Of a stretch of DNA of 41,183 nucleotides, positions 1 to 12,500 are shown one piece after another. How positions within the stretch are numbered: position 1 is the first letter of the stretch; every line of letters begins with the position of its first letter. Below the pieces are notes generated by a model, which ran no database searches, was not told the origin of the DNA, and worked only from the letters and a program-made list of their open reading frames with translations. Source of the DNA: Octopus bimaculoides (taxonomy: Eukaryota); the NCBI RefSeq assembly GCF_001194135.2, contig NC_068983.1, positions 105,297,598 to 105,338,780 of the forward strand. Direction: 5' to 3'. Both the position numbers and the translations under genes were made by a program.

Positions 1-438
1 TAAGATACATCATCGAATGTCCTTCCCTTTTATTTGATCTTATTTACTTTTTTTTGTTTTGTTTTAGATAACAGAATGTGATTTGGCTTCTATTTCTAGT
101 AGGTCGAACAACCGCGTAAACGGGTCTTCCGTTGGCTCTTGTAATATTTCGTAGCTGTGGCTGCTGAACACAGATCTGCTCTGAGAGAGAAATCTGTGAC
201 CGAAGGCATCCCAGCTATGACCACATCCTGTGTTTTTCCATACCTAGGTATCCCCGATCAGTTCGTCCTTTTTTAAAGAGAGTATCGCATGACCTGTGGG
301 AGATTTGGCTTCTATTTCTACCTGATCGAGTGACCACATAGAAGTTCCCTCATTGTTGTTGCTTCCTCATTGCAGTTGCTTTCCAAATCTTCCTTCTGTT
401 TCTTGACTCTTTATTTGCAAATAGATGTCAGGTGAAAG

Positions 439-724
439 TACGAAGGTGAGTCAAAAAGTAATGCAATTTGTTTTACTATATAAAAAAAGGCGGGGCGGAT
501 AAGGAACACAGTCAAACATATCGTACTCCAAAATATAACTTATACATCACAGGCGTAGGAGTGGCTGTGTGGTAAGTAGCTTGCTTACCAACCACATGGT
601 TCCGGGTTCAGTGCCACTGCATGGCACCTTGGGCAAGTGTCTTCTACTATAGCCTAGGGCCGACCAAAGCCTTGTGAGTGGATTTGGTAGATGGAAACTG
701 AAAGAAGCTCGTCGTATATATATG

Positions 725-755
<31 letters not shown>

Positions 756-1270
756 ATATGTATGTGTGTGAATGTTTGTGTCTGTGTTTGTCCCCCCAAC
801 ATCGCTTGACAACCGATGGTGGTGTGTTTACATCCCCGTCACTTAGCGGTTCGGCAAAAGAGACCGATAGAATAAGTACTAGGCTTCCAAAGAATAAGTC
901 CTGGGGTCGATTTGCTCGACTAAAGGCGATGCTCCAGCATGTCCGCAGTCAAATGACTGAAACAAGTAAAAGAGTAAAAGAGTAAATTACAGGTTCACAT
1001 CCTTACATCTCAACGTAGTCACCACCGCCATCAATGCCAGTGTTCCACTAATGAATGACGGTGTGTATTCCAGCTTCGTGCAATTCGCTGTTCGAGCCAA
1101 TATGCAAGGAATAGGAACCGGATCTCGCTAAAATTACATCCGACTTTTCTTTAAAATGGAAAAGACACTCCAGGTAAGGCAATCATACGTCTCCATAAGA
1201 AAAACGGGTGAATCACCGCAGAAATGTCTTCGATCATAGGTCTGTTGAATCAGATTTGATCTGAAACTAA

Positions 1271-1313
<43 letters not shown>

Positions 1314-1560
1314 TTACTACTACTACTACATTCATTAGTGTCATTCATTAGTGGAACACTGGCATTGATGGCGGTGGTGACTACGTTGAGATGTAAGGAT
1401 GTGAATCTGTGATGTATAAGTTATATTAGTGTACGATAGGTTTGACTGTGTTCCTTATCCTCTCCCCTTTTTTTTTATATATAATGAAACGTTTTGGCAG
1501 AGCTGTTATGGTCCCACCTATTTGGCGTCGGTGATTCGACACTAACTTATTTGACATCAG
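439..1560. mobile_element. Mariner-like non-autonomous (MITE/foldback-like) element with ~145-bp internal inverted arms; SINE nested in the left arm
   Basis: Starts TA-CGAAGGTGAGTCAAAAAGT (mariner-type terminus). Segments 477-553 plus 994-1059 are the reverse complement of 1340-1483. Only a degenerate partner terminus is seen (ACTTATTTGACATCA, ~1546-1560). Confidence 0.55.
551..985 (+). mobile_element. tRNA-derived SINE family A (CORE-like ACCTTGGGCAAGT segment, internal TA/TG microsatellite), full length
   Basis: A-box-like TGGCTGTGTGG and B-box-like GGTTCAGTGCC head; (GAGTAAAA)n tail; homologous copies at 4829, 6900, 13170 and 20933; possible ACAGG TSD at 549-553/989-993. Confidence 0.9.
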
Positions 1561-1585
1561 AGGTTTTAATGTTTCTCTCGTTTTA

Positions 1586-1622
1586 ATCTCTCTCTTAACT
1601 CTCTCTCTTAACTCTCTCTCTT

Positions 1623-1684
<62 letters not shown>
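1586..1684. repeat. (CT)n microsatellite preceded by CTCTCTCTTAA units
   Basis: Directly visible. Confidence 0.95.
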
Positions 1685-1688
<4 letters not shown>

Positions 1689-1857
1689 ACGTGTATGAGC
1701 ATCTAGTTATGCTTGTATGCTTATTTAATGTCTCCGTCCTCCTTAATGAAAATTGTCGAAAAACAACACATCAATTGTCAACCTAACTAATGCTAAAGTA
1801 AGAAACGACGACAGATAACGTAACAACATCAGTAACAACATCATCATCATTAGCAGA

Positions 1858-1920
<63 letters not shown>

Positions 1921-2577
1921 TGCTGTTGTTCAAATATCGCCGACGTTTTCTTAGCTTTTCACTATCACCGAGTTCGATGAAATATTTAAAAAGCAGCATG
2001 TTGAATAACGCAGAGTATATTCAATCGATTGTAATCCACCTTAACTCACTAAATATGTGGCCTTTTGTCAAGTTTAGAGACATTTTTGTTTTTGTTTTTT
2101 TTTGTTATTTGTCTTTGAAGGGAGTTGGTTAAGGATGAGGTTGAGTTTGGAGTAAAATGTGACGTAAAGAATCTAANNNNNNNNNNNNNNNNNNNNNNNN
2201 NNNNNNNNNNNNNNNNNNNNNNNNNNNNNNNNNNNNNNNNNNNNNNNNNNNNNNNNNNNNNNNNNNNNNNNNNNNNNNNNNNNNNNNNNNNNNNNNNNNN
2301 NNNNNNNNNNNNNNNNNNNNNNNNNNNNNNNNNNNNNNNNNNNNNNNNNNNNNNNNNNNNNNNNNNNNNNNNNNNNNNNNNNNNNNNNNNNNNNNNNNNN
2401 NNNNNNNNNNNNNNNNNNNNNNNNNNNNNNNNNNNNNNNNNNNNNNNNNNNNNNNNNNNNNNNNNNNNNNNNNNNNNNNNNNNNNNNNNNNNNNNNNNNN
2501 NNNNNNNNNNNNNNNNNNNNNNNNNNNNNNNNNNNNNNNNNNNNNNNNNNNNNNNNNNNNNNNNNNNNNNNNNNNNA

Positions 2578-2662
<85 letters not shown>

Positions 2663-3440
2663 TATCATTATTATTATTATTATTATCATCATCAATCAAT
2701 ATCATTGATATTTCTGACATTATCAGACACAAGACTGAAATTTGTACCAGAAACTTGCGTAACGGATTGGAATGGTTAACAAGTAATACGCGCAGAACTG
2801 GAAAATAATAATATTGTTAATAATGATAATGACGACTCAAGCGGAATTTGAACGCAGCGCACCAAACAACGTAACCAAAATAATCGCTACGCATTAAACC
2901 ACTTCGGCGTACTCAATAATTTCTGCCCCATCCTAACGCCTTCTCCAAGCCTATAATCAATATTATCAATAGATACTGCACCTATAAATGAGATGCATTT
3001 CTATTTTCTTCGATATTCATAAATAAATACAGATGTTTTTGTTGTTTTTCTTTCCTTTTCGTTTTCGAGAATGAAAACAAAACGTGGAGAAAATGTGGGT
3101 GTGACCTATTTTATTGCGAAATGTGGGGAGAGTTACTACGATTTTTTGTGCTGTAAAGCCCACCCACACTACTTTAGTGGATGACCACGTGTATTATTAA
3201 TGTAACGATGTGGCTCCGCCTACAAATAATATTGTGATAGTAGAAAAGTTGGAGATGGAAAAAAAAATTTTTTTTTAGAGAAGCTCCTCCTATATTGTAG
3301 GCGTGGCTAAAACTCCTAACTTTCTGTTTATAAGAAATTTTACAGAGCGACAGTTGAGAGTCGCATATATAGGGTTGAGTTTCTGATACTATTGTGTGCG
3401 TATCCATGTGTGCGTATGCATGTGTGTGTGTGTGCGTGTA

Positions 3441-3483
<43 letters not shown>

Positions 3484-3839
3484 AAGGGAGATTAAGAGAC
3501 AATGTAAGAGTTGTGGTAAGAGATGCACAACTCTTACCACAAGGTAAGAGTTGTGGATCTAGGGTTGTGGCTGCATTTTAACCCTAAGTCAGCTTAATGG
3601 TATTTTTTCTTTTTTTCTGTTTTTGTCTGTATGTGTGTTTCTGGGACAAACAATCGACAAATATCTTCCTTTGTTTTTAAGACAGTAGGATACAATCGCA
3701 GGATGTTTTGTTCGCACGTTCTTGGTGAAACAACGATGAGGCGCGGGAAATGAGATCGGGAGAAAAAGAGAAGAAAGGAAAGTGAAAACGAAAGAGGACC
3801 AGCAAATGCAAATGAATTCTAATGGAAAAGAAAGTGAGA

Positions 3840-3875
3840 TAGAGAGCGATGGAGAGTTAGAGAGAGAGAGAGAGC

Positions 3876-3909
<34 letters not shown>

Positions 3910-3940
3910 AAGAGAGAGAGAGAAAGAGAGAAAGAGAGAA

Positions 3941-3973
<33 letters not shown>

Positions 3974-3991
3974 AGGAGAGAGAGAGAGAAG

Positions 3992-4049
<58 letters not shown>

Positions 4050-4120
4050 AAGATAGAGAGAGAGAGAAAGAGGGAGATGGAGGTAGCGGAAGAGGAAAAG
4101 AGAGAGAGGGAGAGAGAGAA

Positions 4121-4175
<55 letters not shown>

Positions 4176-4385
4176 NNNNNNNNNNNNNNNNNNNNNNNNN
4201 NNNNNNNNNNNNNNNNNNNNNNNNNNNNNNNNNNNNNNNNNNNNNNNNNNNNNNNNNNNNNNNNNNNNNNNNNNNNNNNNNNNNNNNNNNNNNNNNNNNN
4301 NNNNNNNNNNNNNNNNNNNNNNNNNNNNNNNNNNNNNNNNNNNNNNNNNNNNNNNNNNNNNNNNNNNNNNNNNNNNNNNNGAGAA

Positions 4386-4416
<31 letters not shown>

Positions 4417-4460
4417 AAGAGAGAGATGGAGGGAGCGGAAGAGGAAAAGGGAGAGAGGGA
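3840..4460. repeat. Compound (AG)n/(AGAA) microsatellite spanning a gap
   Basis: Directly visible; N gap at 4176-4380. Confidence 0.95.
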
Positions 4461-4500
4461 GAAACAAGTATACGGAGAGCGAGACACGCGCACATGCATG

Positions 4501-4566
<66 letters not shown>

Positions 4567-4769
4567 TACACAGACACGCAGACACACGCACACAGGTACA
4601 TTTGTTGATACATAAATACATACATACACACGCACACACACGTACGCACACACGCACACACACGTACACACACGTACACACACACGCGCGCGCATAAAAG
4701 CATAAAGATATATCCATATGTACAAAAATATGTAGTTGTTACTACATGCAATAAAGATTAATATATATA

Positions 4770-5550
4770 GGTGCTACTTTGGTACGCGATCTACATAGCC
4801 AACGTGATCTACAAGAGTTACATTCTACTTACTCTTTTACTCTTTTACTTGTTTCAGTCATTTGACTGTGACCATGCTGGAGCACCGCCTTTTAGTCGAG
4901 CAAATCGACCCCAGGACTTATTCCTTGTAAGCCTAGTACTTATTCTATCGGTTACTTTTGCCGAACCGCTAAGTTACGGGGACGTAAACACACCAGCATT
5001 GGTTGTTAAGCGATGTTTGTCGGGGGACAAACACAGACACACAAACATATACACACACATACATATATATATACATACATATATACGACGGGCTTCTTTC
5101 AGTTTCCGTCTACCAAATCCACTCACAAGGCTTTGGTCGGCCCGAGGCTATAGTAGAAGACACTTGCCCAAGGTGCCACGCAGTGGGAATGAACCCGGAA
5201 CCATGCGGTTAGTAAGCAAGCTACTTACCACACAGCCACTCCTGCGCCTCCTTAAGTATGATCTACACGTTTCATTTATTTATTATGGCTTAAATAAAAT
5301 ATTCTTACATTTTTGAATGTTTATTTAAAAAATTAAAATGAAGCAGATTTGAAACAAGTTTACAAATTTCATGGGCGAATCGAACGAACAACAACAGCTA
5401 CGAAAGTAAAAAAAAATAGGAAATTAAAATTATTAACACTTATACTTCATACTCTCTAACCAGTAACTCTCTCTAAACCGATACAGGTGTTTTACCTGTT
5501 CTTGATTAGTATAACTTTTCTTGTTGTAGATCGCATACCAAAGTAGCACC
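4770..5550. mobile_element. MITE-like element with 26-bp terminal inverted repeats and a nested SINE
   Basis: GGTGCTACTTTGGTACGCGATCTACA (4770-4795) versus TGTAGATCGCATACCAAAGTAGCACC (5525-5550), 1 mismatch; TA-rich flanks. Confidence 0.65.
4829..5249 (-). mobile_element. SINE family A, full length
   Basis: Reverse complement of 551-985 over its whole length, including the TTACTCTT tail. Confidence 0.9.
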
Positions 5551-5594
5551 AATATATGTTTATGCATGTATTAATGTATGTATATGCTTAGATA

Positions 5595-5865
5595 GGAGCA
5601 CTCCGTCGGTTACGACGATGAGGGTCCCAGCTGATACGATCAACGGAACAGCCTGCTCATGAAATTAACGTGCAAGTGGCTGAGCAATCCACAGATACGT
5701 GTACCCTTAACGTAGTTCTCAGGGAGACTCAGCGTGACACAGAGTACTACTCATTTTTGCCAGCTGAGTGGACTGGAGCAACGTGAAATAAAGTGTCTTG
5801 CTCAAGGACACAGCGCGTCGCCGGGAATCGAACTCACGACCTTAGGATCGTAAGCCTTACGATGC
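5595..5865 (-). mobile_element. tRNA-derived SINE, family D head/core with the family C 3' tail
   Basis: B-box GAGTTCGATTCC; core GTCCTTGAGCAAGACACTTTATTTCACGTTGCTCCAGTCCACTCAGCTG shared with 13492 and 16012; tail matches 9080-9227. Confidence 0.8.
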
Positions 5866-5867
5866 TC

Positions 5868-5907
<40 letters not shown>

Positions 5908-6349
5908 GTGTGTGAATGCATATGAGTGCATGTGTGTGTGCGCGCGCGCGTCTGTGTGTGTATGCGCGTGTAAGCGTATATGTGTGCGTGTGTGTGTGTG
6001 TGTGTGCGCGTGTGTATGTGCGCGTGTAAATATTAATTCTGGGCATTTTAATGTCCCGCTTTCTTTACNNNNNNNNNNNNNNNNNNNNNNNNNNNNNNNN
6101 NNNNNNNNNNNNNNNNNNNNNNNNNNNNNNNNNNNNNNNNNNNNNNNNNNNNNNNNNNNNNNNNNNNNNNNNNNNNNNNNNNNNNNNNNNNNNNNNNNNN
6201 NNNNNNNNNNNNNNNNNNNNNNNNNNNNNNNNNNNNNNNNNNNNNNNNNNNNNNNNNNNNNNNNNNNNNNNNNNNNNNNNNNNNNNNNNNNNNNNNNNNN
6301 NNNNNNNNNNNNNNNNNNNNNNNNNNNNNNNNNNNATATATATATATAA

Positions 6350-6383
6350 ACTCTCCGATGAACGGGAACGTGAAACTCAGAGT
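6350..6383 (+). ncRNA. Minimal type I hammerhead-like motif (CCGAUGA variant), probably a Penelope-like element terminus
   Basis: ACTCT-CCGATGA-ACG(GGAA)CGT-GAAAC-TC-AGAGT. Stems I and II pair; the core has U4C and almost no stem III. Confidence 0.4.
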
Positions 6384-6423
6384 AACGGTTTTTTTGTTAT
6401 ATTTCTGCTGCTTTTAAATAAAG

Positions 6424-6457
<34 letters not shown>

Positions 6458-6899
6458 CACACATACACACAGGCATACGCACGCACACACACACATACAT
6501 AAATATATATAGGAGCAGTATGGTCACATGATTAAGCAGTTTGATTAGTATTCATTAAATCTCGTTTTCGACTCCGTTTAGCACCGTGTCATTTTCTAAG
6601 ACTTCGGATCATCTCATACCTTGTGAGTGGAACTGAACGAACAGAAACTGTATTGAAGCTCGTCTATTGGATTGTTCCTATAATTCAAAAGGCACCATGT
6701 CACACACCATGCCACGCTGATTCTTCTTCAGAATTACGTTGAGGATATTTCTGCCTCTGGAATACTCAGTCAATTACTTAATTCAATAATTCAAGAGAAG
6801 GTAATTCGAACTACTGAATCTTACATACATACAATATTACACACATACGAATACATACATACATACACACATACACATGATATCAACAAAATCAAGCAC

Positions 6900-7318
6900 A
6901 ATCACGGGTTTCAGGTTCAGTCCCACTGCGTGGCACCTAGAGCAAGTGTCTTCTACTATAGCTTCGGATTGATCAAAGCCTTGTGAGTGGATTCAGTTGA
7001 TGGAAACTGTAAGAAGCCCGTCATATATGTGTACCTTTGAGTGTGTGTGTGCATGTGTGTGTGTGCATGTGTGTGTGTGTGCATGTGTGTGTGTGTGCAT
7101 GTGTGTGTGTGTGTTTGTCTCTCACTACCGCTTGACAACCGGTGTTGGTGCGTTTACATCCCCGTCACCTAGCGGTTCGGCAAAAGACACCGATATAATA
7201 AGTACCTGGCTTTACAAAAAAATATGTAGTGTGGTCGATAAGTTCGACTAAAATTCTTCAAGGCGGTGCCCCAGCATGGCCGCAGTCGAATGACTGAAAA
7301 GTAAAAAAGAAAAAATAA
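6900..7318 (+). mobile_element. SINE family A, 5'-truncated and diverged
   Basis: Colinear with 590-985; internal (GTGTGTGCAT)n microsatellite. Confidence 0.85.
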
Positions 7319-7384
7319 ATATACACAGTGAATGTATTTCACTGAAATAGTATATCCTTACGGGAGGTAAATAGACTTTTTCAA

Positions 7385-7454
7385 CTAGCTAGTCGTACTA
7401 CTTCAGGCTGATGACGAGCAAAGACTCAGAAACATGTCTCTGAATGCAAGCTAG
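7385..7454 (+). ncRNA. Type I hammerhead ribozyme
   Basis: Stem I TTCAGG/TCTGAA (7402-7407/7439-7444) extended by CTAGCT/AGCTAG; core CTGATGA (7408-7414); stem II GAG-caaaga-CTC; GAAA (7429-7432); palindromic ACATGT stem III; GUC cleavage triplet (7436-7438). C-A mismatch at the base of stem II. Confidence 0.7.
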
Positions 7455-8142
7455 GCTGGGTGGAGGAGTTTGTTTCCCCCTCGCAAGGATAAGGGCACAG
7501 GAAATGTGTCAAGGCCTAATAGGAAGCGGTCCAGCTTCCTAGGGCTAAACAGCAGTAGTATATTCCCTTATTGGGACTGTCACGTTAAGTTGGCAGTATA
7601 CAACACACAAATAAGCGCTAGCGCACGCACACACACACGCACACACACACACACGCACACACACACACANNNNNNNNNNNNNNNNNNNNNNNNNNNNNNN
7701 NNNNNNNNNNNNNNNNNNNNNNNNNNNNNNNNNNNNNNNNNNNNNNNNNNNNNNNNNNNNNNNNNNNNNNNNNNNNNNNNNNNNNNNNNNNNNNNNNNNN
7801 NNNNNNNNNNNNNNNNNNNNNNNNNNNNNNNNNNNNNNNNNNNNNNNNNNNNNNNNNNNNNNNNNNNNNNNNNNNNNNNNNNNNNNNNNNNNNNNNNNNN
7901 NNNNNNNNNNNNNNNNCTTTATGAGGTCACAAGTTGTTAAGCTTCTATAATAACTTCACACGCTTGACTGGTTTTGACCTCTTGGACAACAACATAGAAA
8001 AAAAAACATGTCTCTGTTTATCAACTTGTGGAATTCGTCTGTCTCCTTTTCTCTTTTCGTTTCCATCTTTCTCTATCCCCACAATTCTCCACCCTCTTTC
8101 TTTCCTTCCTTTCTCTTTCACTCAATTTCTAACTTTCTGTTT

Positions 8143-8230
<88 letters not shown>

Positions 8231-8844
8231 CTTCTCTCTCGCGTTATTCCAACCGCTCTTTACTCTTTCATATAACATTCCTTTCTGTCCTTTCTCTTTC
8301 TTTCAGCAACTTCCGACTCTCTTTCCCTCTGTCTCTTCATTTTGTTTCCCTTTTCTTTTACCCACTACTTCTTTCCTTTCTTATTTCCATCCTCTTTCCT
8401 CTCTGATTCTTTCACTATCTCACTTTCTCCTTTTTTTTCTTCATTGTCTGTGAAGATTTGACACTTGGTTTTGTTTAAAATGATTTAATATGATTTAGTA
8501 TGGTGAATCAGGCCTTTGAGGTCATTTAGTATGCTTCGGTGTGGTTTTATATTGATTTTATATAAAACTAACTGACCTAACCGCTACGTCTAGGATTAGT
8601 GAGCGTGAAATTTTAAACATACCAATAAAACTGTCGGAGCATAACTACTGGACGCAAATATTTTTGTCATTATAAAAAGGGTTTTCCTACTTGTCCTTCT
8701 AGCTTAGACACGCTAACTCTCCTCTCCCTACGCTTTCTAGCAACTCCTGCAACGGCTTCTTCCCTAAATTAGCTAGTTACGTACTACTTCTGCCCATACG
8801 GTAAACCCTTGTTTCTCCTTTCGCAACTAAGACCTGTATTAATC

Positions 8845-9227
8845 GTGGAGGCGCAATGGCCCAGTGGTTAGGGCAGCGGATTCGCGGTCATAGGATCGAG
8901 GTTTCGATTCCCAGACCGGCCGTTGTGAGTGTTTATTGAGCGAAAAACACCTAAAGCTCCACGAGACTCCGGCAGGGGATGGTGGCGAACCCTGCTGTAC
9001 TCTTTCACCACAACTTTCTCTCACTCTTACTTCCTGTTTCTGTTGTACTTGTATTTCGAAGGGTCAGCCTTGTCACACTGTGTCACGCTGAATATCCCCG
9101 AGAACTACGCTAAGTGTACATGTGTCTGTGGAGTGCTCAGCCACTTACACGTTAATTTCACGAGCAGGCTGTTCCGTTGATCGGATCAACTGGAACCCTC
9201 GACGTTGTAAGCGACGGAGTACCAACA
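8845..9227 (+). mobile_element. tRNA-derived SINE family C, full length with 13-bp TSD
   Basis: A-box TGGCCCAGTGG; B-box GTTTCGATTCC; (CAA)n tail; TSD ACCTGTATTAATC at 8832-8844 and 9228-9240. Confidence 0.92.
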
Positions 9228-9509
9228 ACCTGTATTAATCACTCAGCTCAATATTTCCTCTCTACAAAAGTATCGAACTTGCCTAACTATTACCACTTGA
9301 CATTAATTTACAGATATTCGTGTTAAACGTCAACTGCATCAGTATCGCAAGTTTTGGAGGGACCGCAAAATCATGGGCACTACCACCTGGTAACTAACCC
9401 ATTAAAATATTATGTATCTCTTAGGGAAATACATCATCAAATACAGTGATGATGACTACAAAAGCGATGTCAACCACGAATACAACATCCACAACAACGA
9501 ATAGACGAC

Positions 9510-12500
9510 CACGACTCACAGGCTAAAGTTCTAGCTTATGACTCATAGCCTAAGGCTGTAATACATCGAATAGACTTTGACTTATAGGCTGTGGGTTTTG
9601 TGCGTGCTTCAGAACCTGGTTCCCTACACCATGGAGAAGCCCTAGCCTGTAGCTCATAGACAGAGACTTAAACTGTGATTCATAGACTGGGTACCTATAA
9701 TTGATATATGGCCGGTCGAACACTAAACGACAAGACTGTGATTTATAAACAACTGCCTAAAAGTGATTTAATGACTGGGATCCTTGATTGTGGTGCTAGA
9801 CGTTTGCTTATAGTTGGGACCCCAGACCGTTACTCATAGACTGCGATCCTAAACAGTGAATCAATTGCTGGGAAGTTAGACCATGACTCAGAGGCTGAGG
9901 CTCTGGTCTGTGACTCAAAGTCTAAGACGCTGGACCCTGACACTTTAACTGGGTCATTGATCCTACACAGATTTCAACTCTAAACCGTGACTTATAAGCT
10001 GGAGCCTTATACTGACATGAAAGCTAAGGCTCTAGAGTGTGACTCATAGGTTGTGACCCCAGTATGTGACTCAACAGGTAAGGGCCAAGATAGTGATTCA
10101 TAAGCTGGGTCCATAGAATGGGATTTATAACCTGTGGCCCTAAACTTTGGTACATGGGCTGTGGTCCTAGCCCGTGATTCATATGCGGGTGCCCTAGACT
10201 ATGACTCATACGTTGAGACCCACACTGTTTGTTACTTAAAATTCTGAGGCTCTAGGCGTGGATCATAGGCTGGGGTCCTAGACTGTGAATCTTATTGGCT
10301 GGGACACTAGACTGAATCATAAGCTGAAATTCTATACTGAAGCTTATAGGCTGTGGCTCTAAACTGTAAAATTATAGGCTAATGCTATGGGCGGTGAATC
10401 ATGGGCTAGAAGCATTGGCCGTGATCAGAGGTTAAAACTCTAGATTGTGACGCATACCTGGGGTCGTAGGTTGTGGCTCATAAGTAGGGTCCCTCTATTT
10501 CGATCCTAAGCTGAGGCCCTACACTGTGACTCATAGGTTAATGCGCGAAAATGTGACTCATAGACATGTGCCGTAGATTATGACTCAGCTCAGGACCCTA
10601 GAGCTACAACTCAAATGCTGCAGGTCTAGACAGTAACTCATGGGTTAAACCTTGCACTATGAGCCATAAGCTGAGGCTCAAGACCGTGACTCCGAGATTA
10701 GATACGTAGACCATGACTCATAGGCTAGAACCTTAGAAATCAACACAGTGGCTGGGGCCGTAGACCATAATTCAGGGTGGAACACTAAACCCTTATTCAT
10801 ATGCTGGATCACTGGACCGTGACACATATACACAACCTCTCGACTGAGACGTATACTGGGATCTTAGACTGTCTCATAGTTGTGACCCTAGTCTGCGACT
10901 TAGATATGTGATGGATACCTAGACCATGACTCATAGGCAGGAGTCTTCGACTGAAAGTCATATGCTGAAAACCTTGGCTGTGACTAATCTGCAGTCGTTC
11001 TAGACTGTGACTCATAGGCAATGGGCTTTCGTGCGTGACTCATAAGCTAGAAACTTAGTCCATAATTCATAGGTTTGGGCACAAGACCATGACTCACCGG
11101 ATAGGGTTCTAGATTGTAATACATAGATTGATACTTAAAGACTGGAGTTCTAAACCGTGTTTCAAAGGGTGCAGCCCTAGTCCGTGTCATACAGGCTAGG
11201 CTTTACATCGTGTCTCAGGGCTGGAACTTTAGACTATGGCACAAATAGCGGAGTCCAAGACCGTGAGTCATAGGCTGGAACCCATGGCAATGTCTCAGTC
11301 TGAAACACTAGACCCTTACTTATGTGCAGGGTCGCTTGATTGTGACTCATATTCTAAGTCCCTCGACTGAAACTCATATTTTGGGATGTTGGTTATGTCT
11401 CATTGACTTTGGTCCCTCATTCTGACTCCTAGGTTGGAAATCTAACTCTAACTTATAGGCCTCTCAGCTATGGATTAGGTCCTCGGCCTATAGGTCATGA
11501 CAAAGCGTCGACAGAAGTCAACGATGTCAAAGACGATGACAAATACAACAACGATAAAAACAACGTCGACGGATACGACGAATACGATGACGTCGAACAC
11601 ATCAATGATGAGGAAGACGACTCCGAAGATGACTCCGAAAATGACTCCGAAGATGACTCCAAAAATGACTAATACGATGACGAGAATACGGCAGCAACGA
11701 ATATTACGTCAACGAATTCGAGAATGATGATGACAATGGAAACAGAGAATACAAGGAACTGTCATTTATAGACTGGGCACCTGTGACAGATGGGCTACGA
11801 TTCATAATTTGGAGCCCTAGACTGTGATTCGTGGGCCTTGGCCTTAAACTGTGACTCATAGCCTGGGAACTTAGACTGTTACTTATAGGCAGAGGCCCGA
11901 GAATGTAACTTATAATTTGGCGCCCAAGACTTTGATACACAGGCTGGTTACGTAGACCATCATACGCTGTTCCCTCAACTGAGAATCATAGGATGGGACT
12001 CTAGGCTGAGACTCATAGGCCTATGATTCATGGTCTAATATTACGGCCTATGAGTCACGAAGAAGGCGTAGAAAACGTTGAGCGCGACAAAAACGACTCC
12101 GCCGACGAATACAATAATGATGATGAATACGATGACAGCCACGAATGATGACTGATACAACTACAACGAAAAAGACGCCGACGTATTCCACAACGGCAAC
12201 GAGGACGACGACGTCGAATACTATGCGGACGATGACGAAAACGACAGCCATAACGACGATGACGACGATAAAGACGACTGTGACTCATGGACTGGTGCTT
12301 CAGAGTATGACTCATAAGCTGGAAACCTATACAGTTATTCATAAACTTGAACCCTAAACCGCGATTCACAGGCTAGGTCCCTAGGCTGTACTTTTTAGTC
12401 TGTAGCCCTCGACAGAGATCCATATACTGGGACCCTAGACTGTATCGCATGTGTTGTGGCTCTAGACTGCGAATCATAGTCTGGGGCTCCATACTGTGAC

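Noticed and set aside
8845-8925. tRNA-like sequences at SINE heads (also 13760-13831, 31360-31435, 37890-37963)
   Set aside because: They have A/B boxes but continue into SINE bodies with TSDs and lack a full cloverleaf, so they are not tRNA genes.
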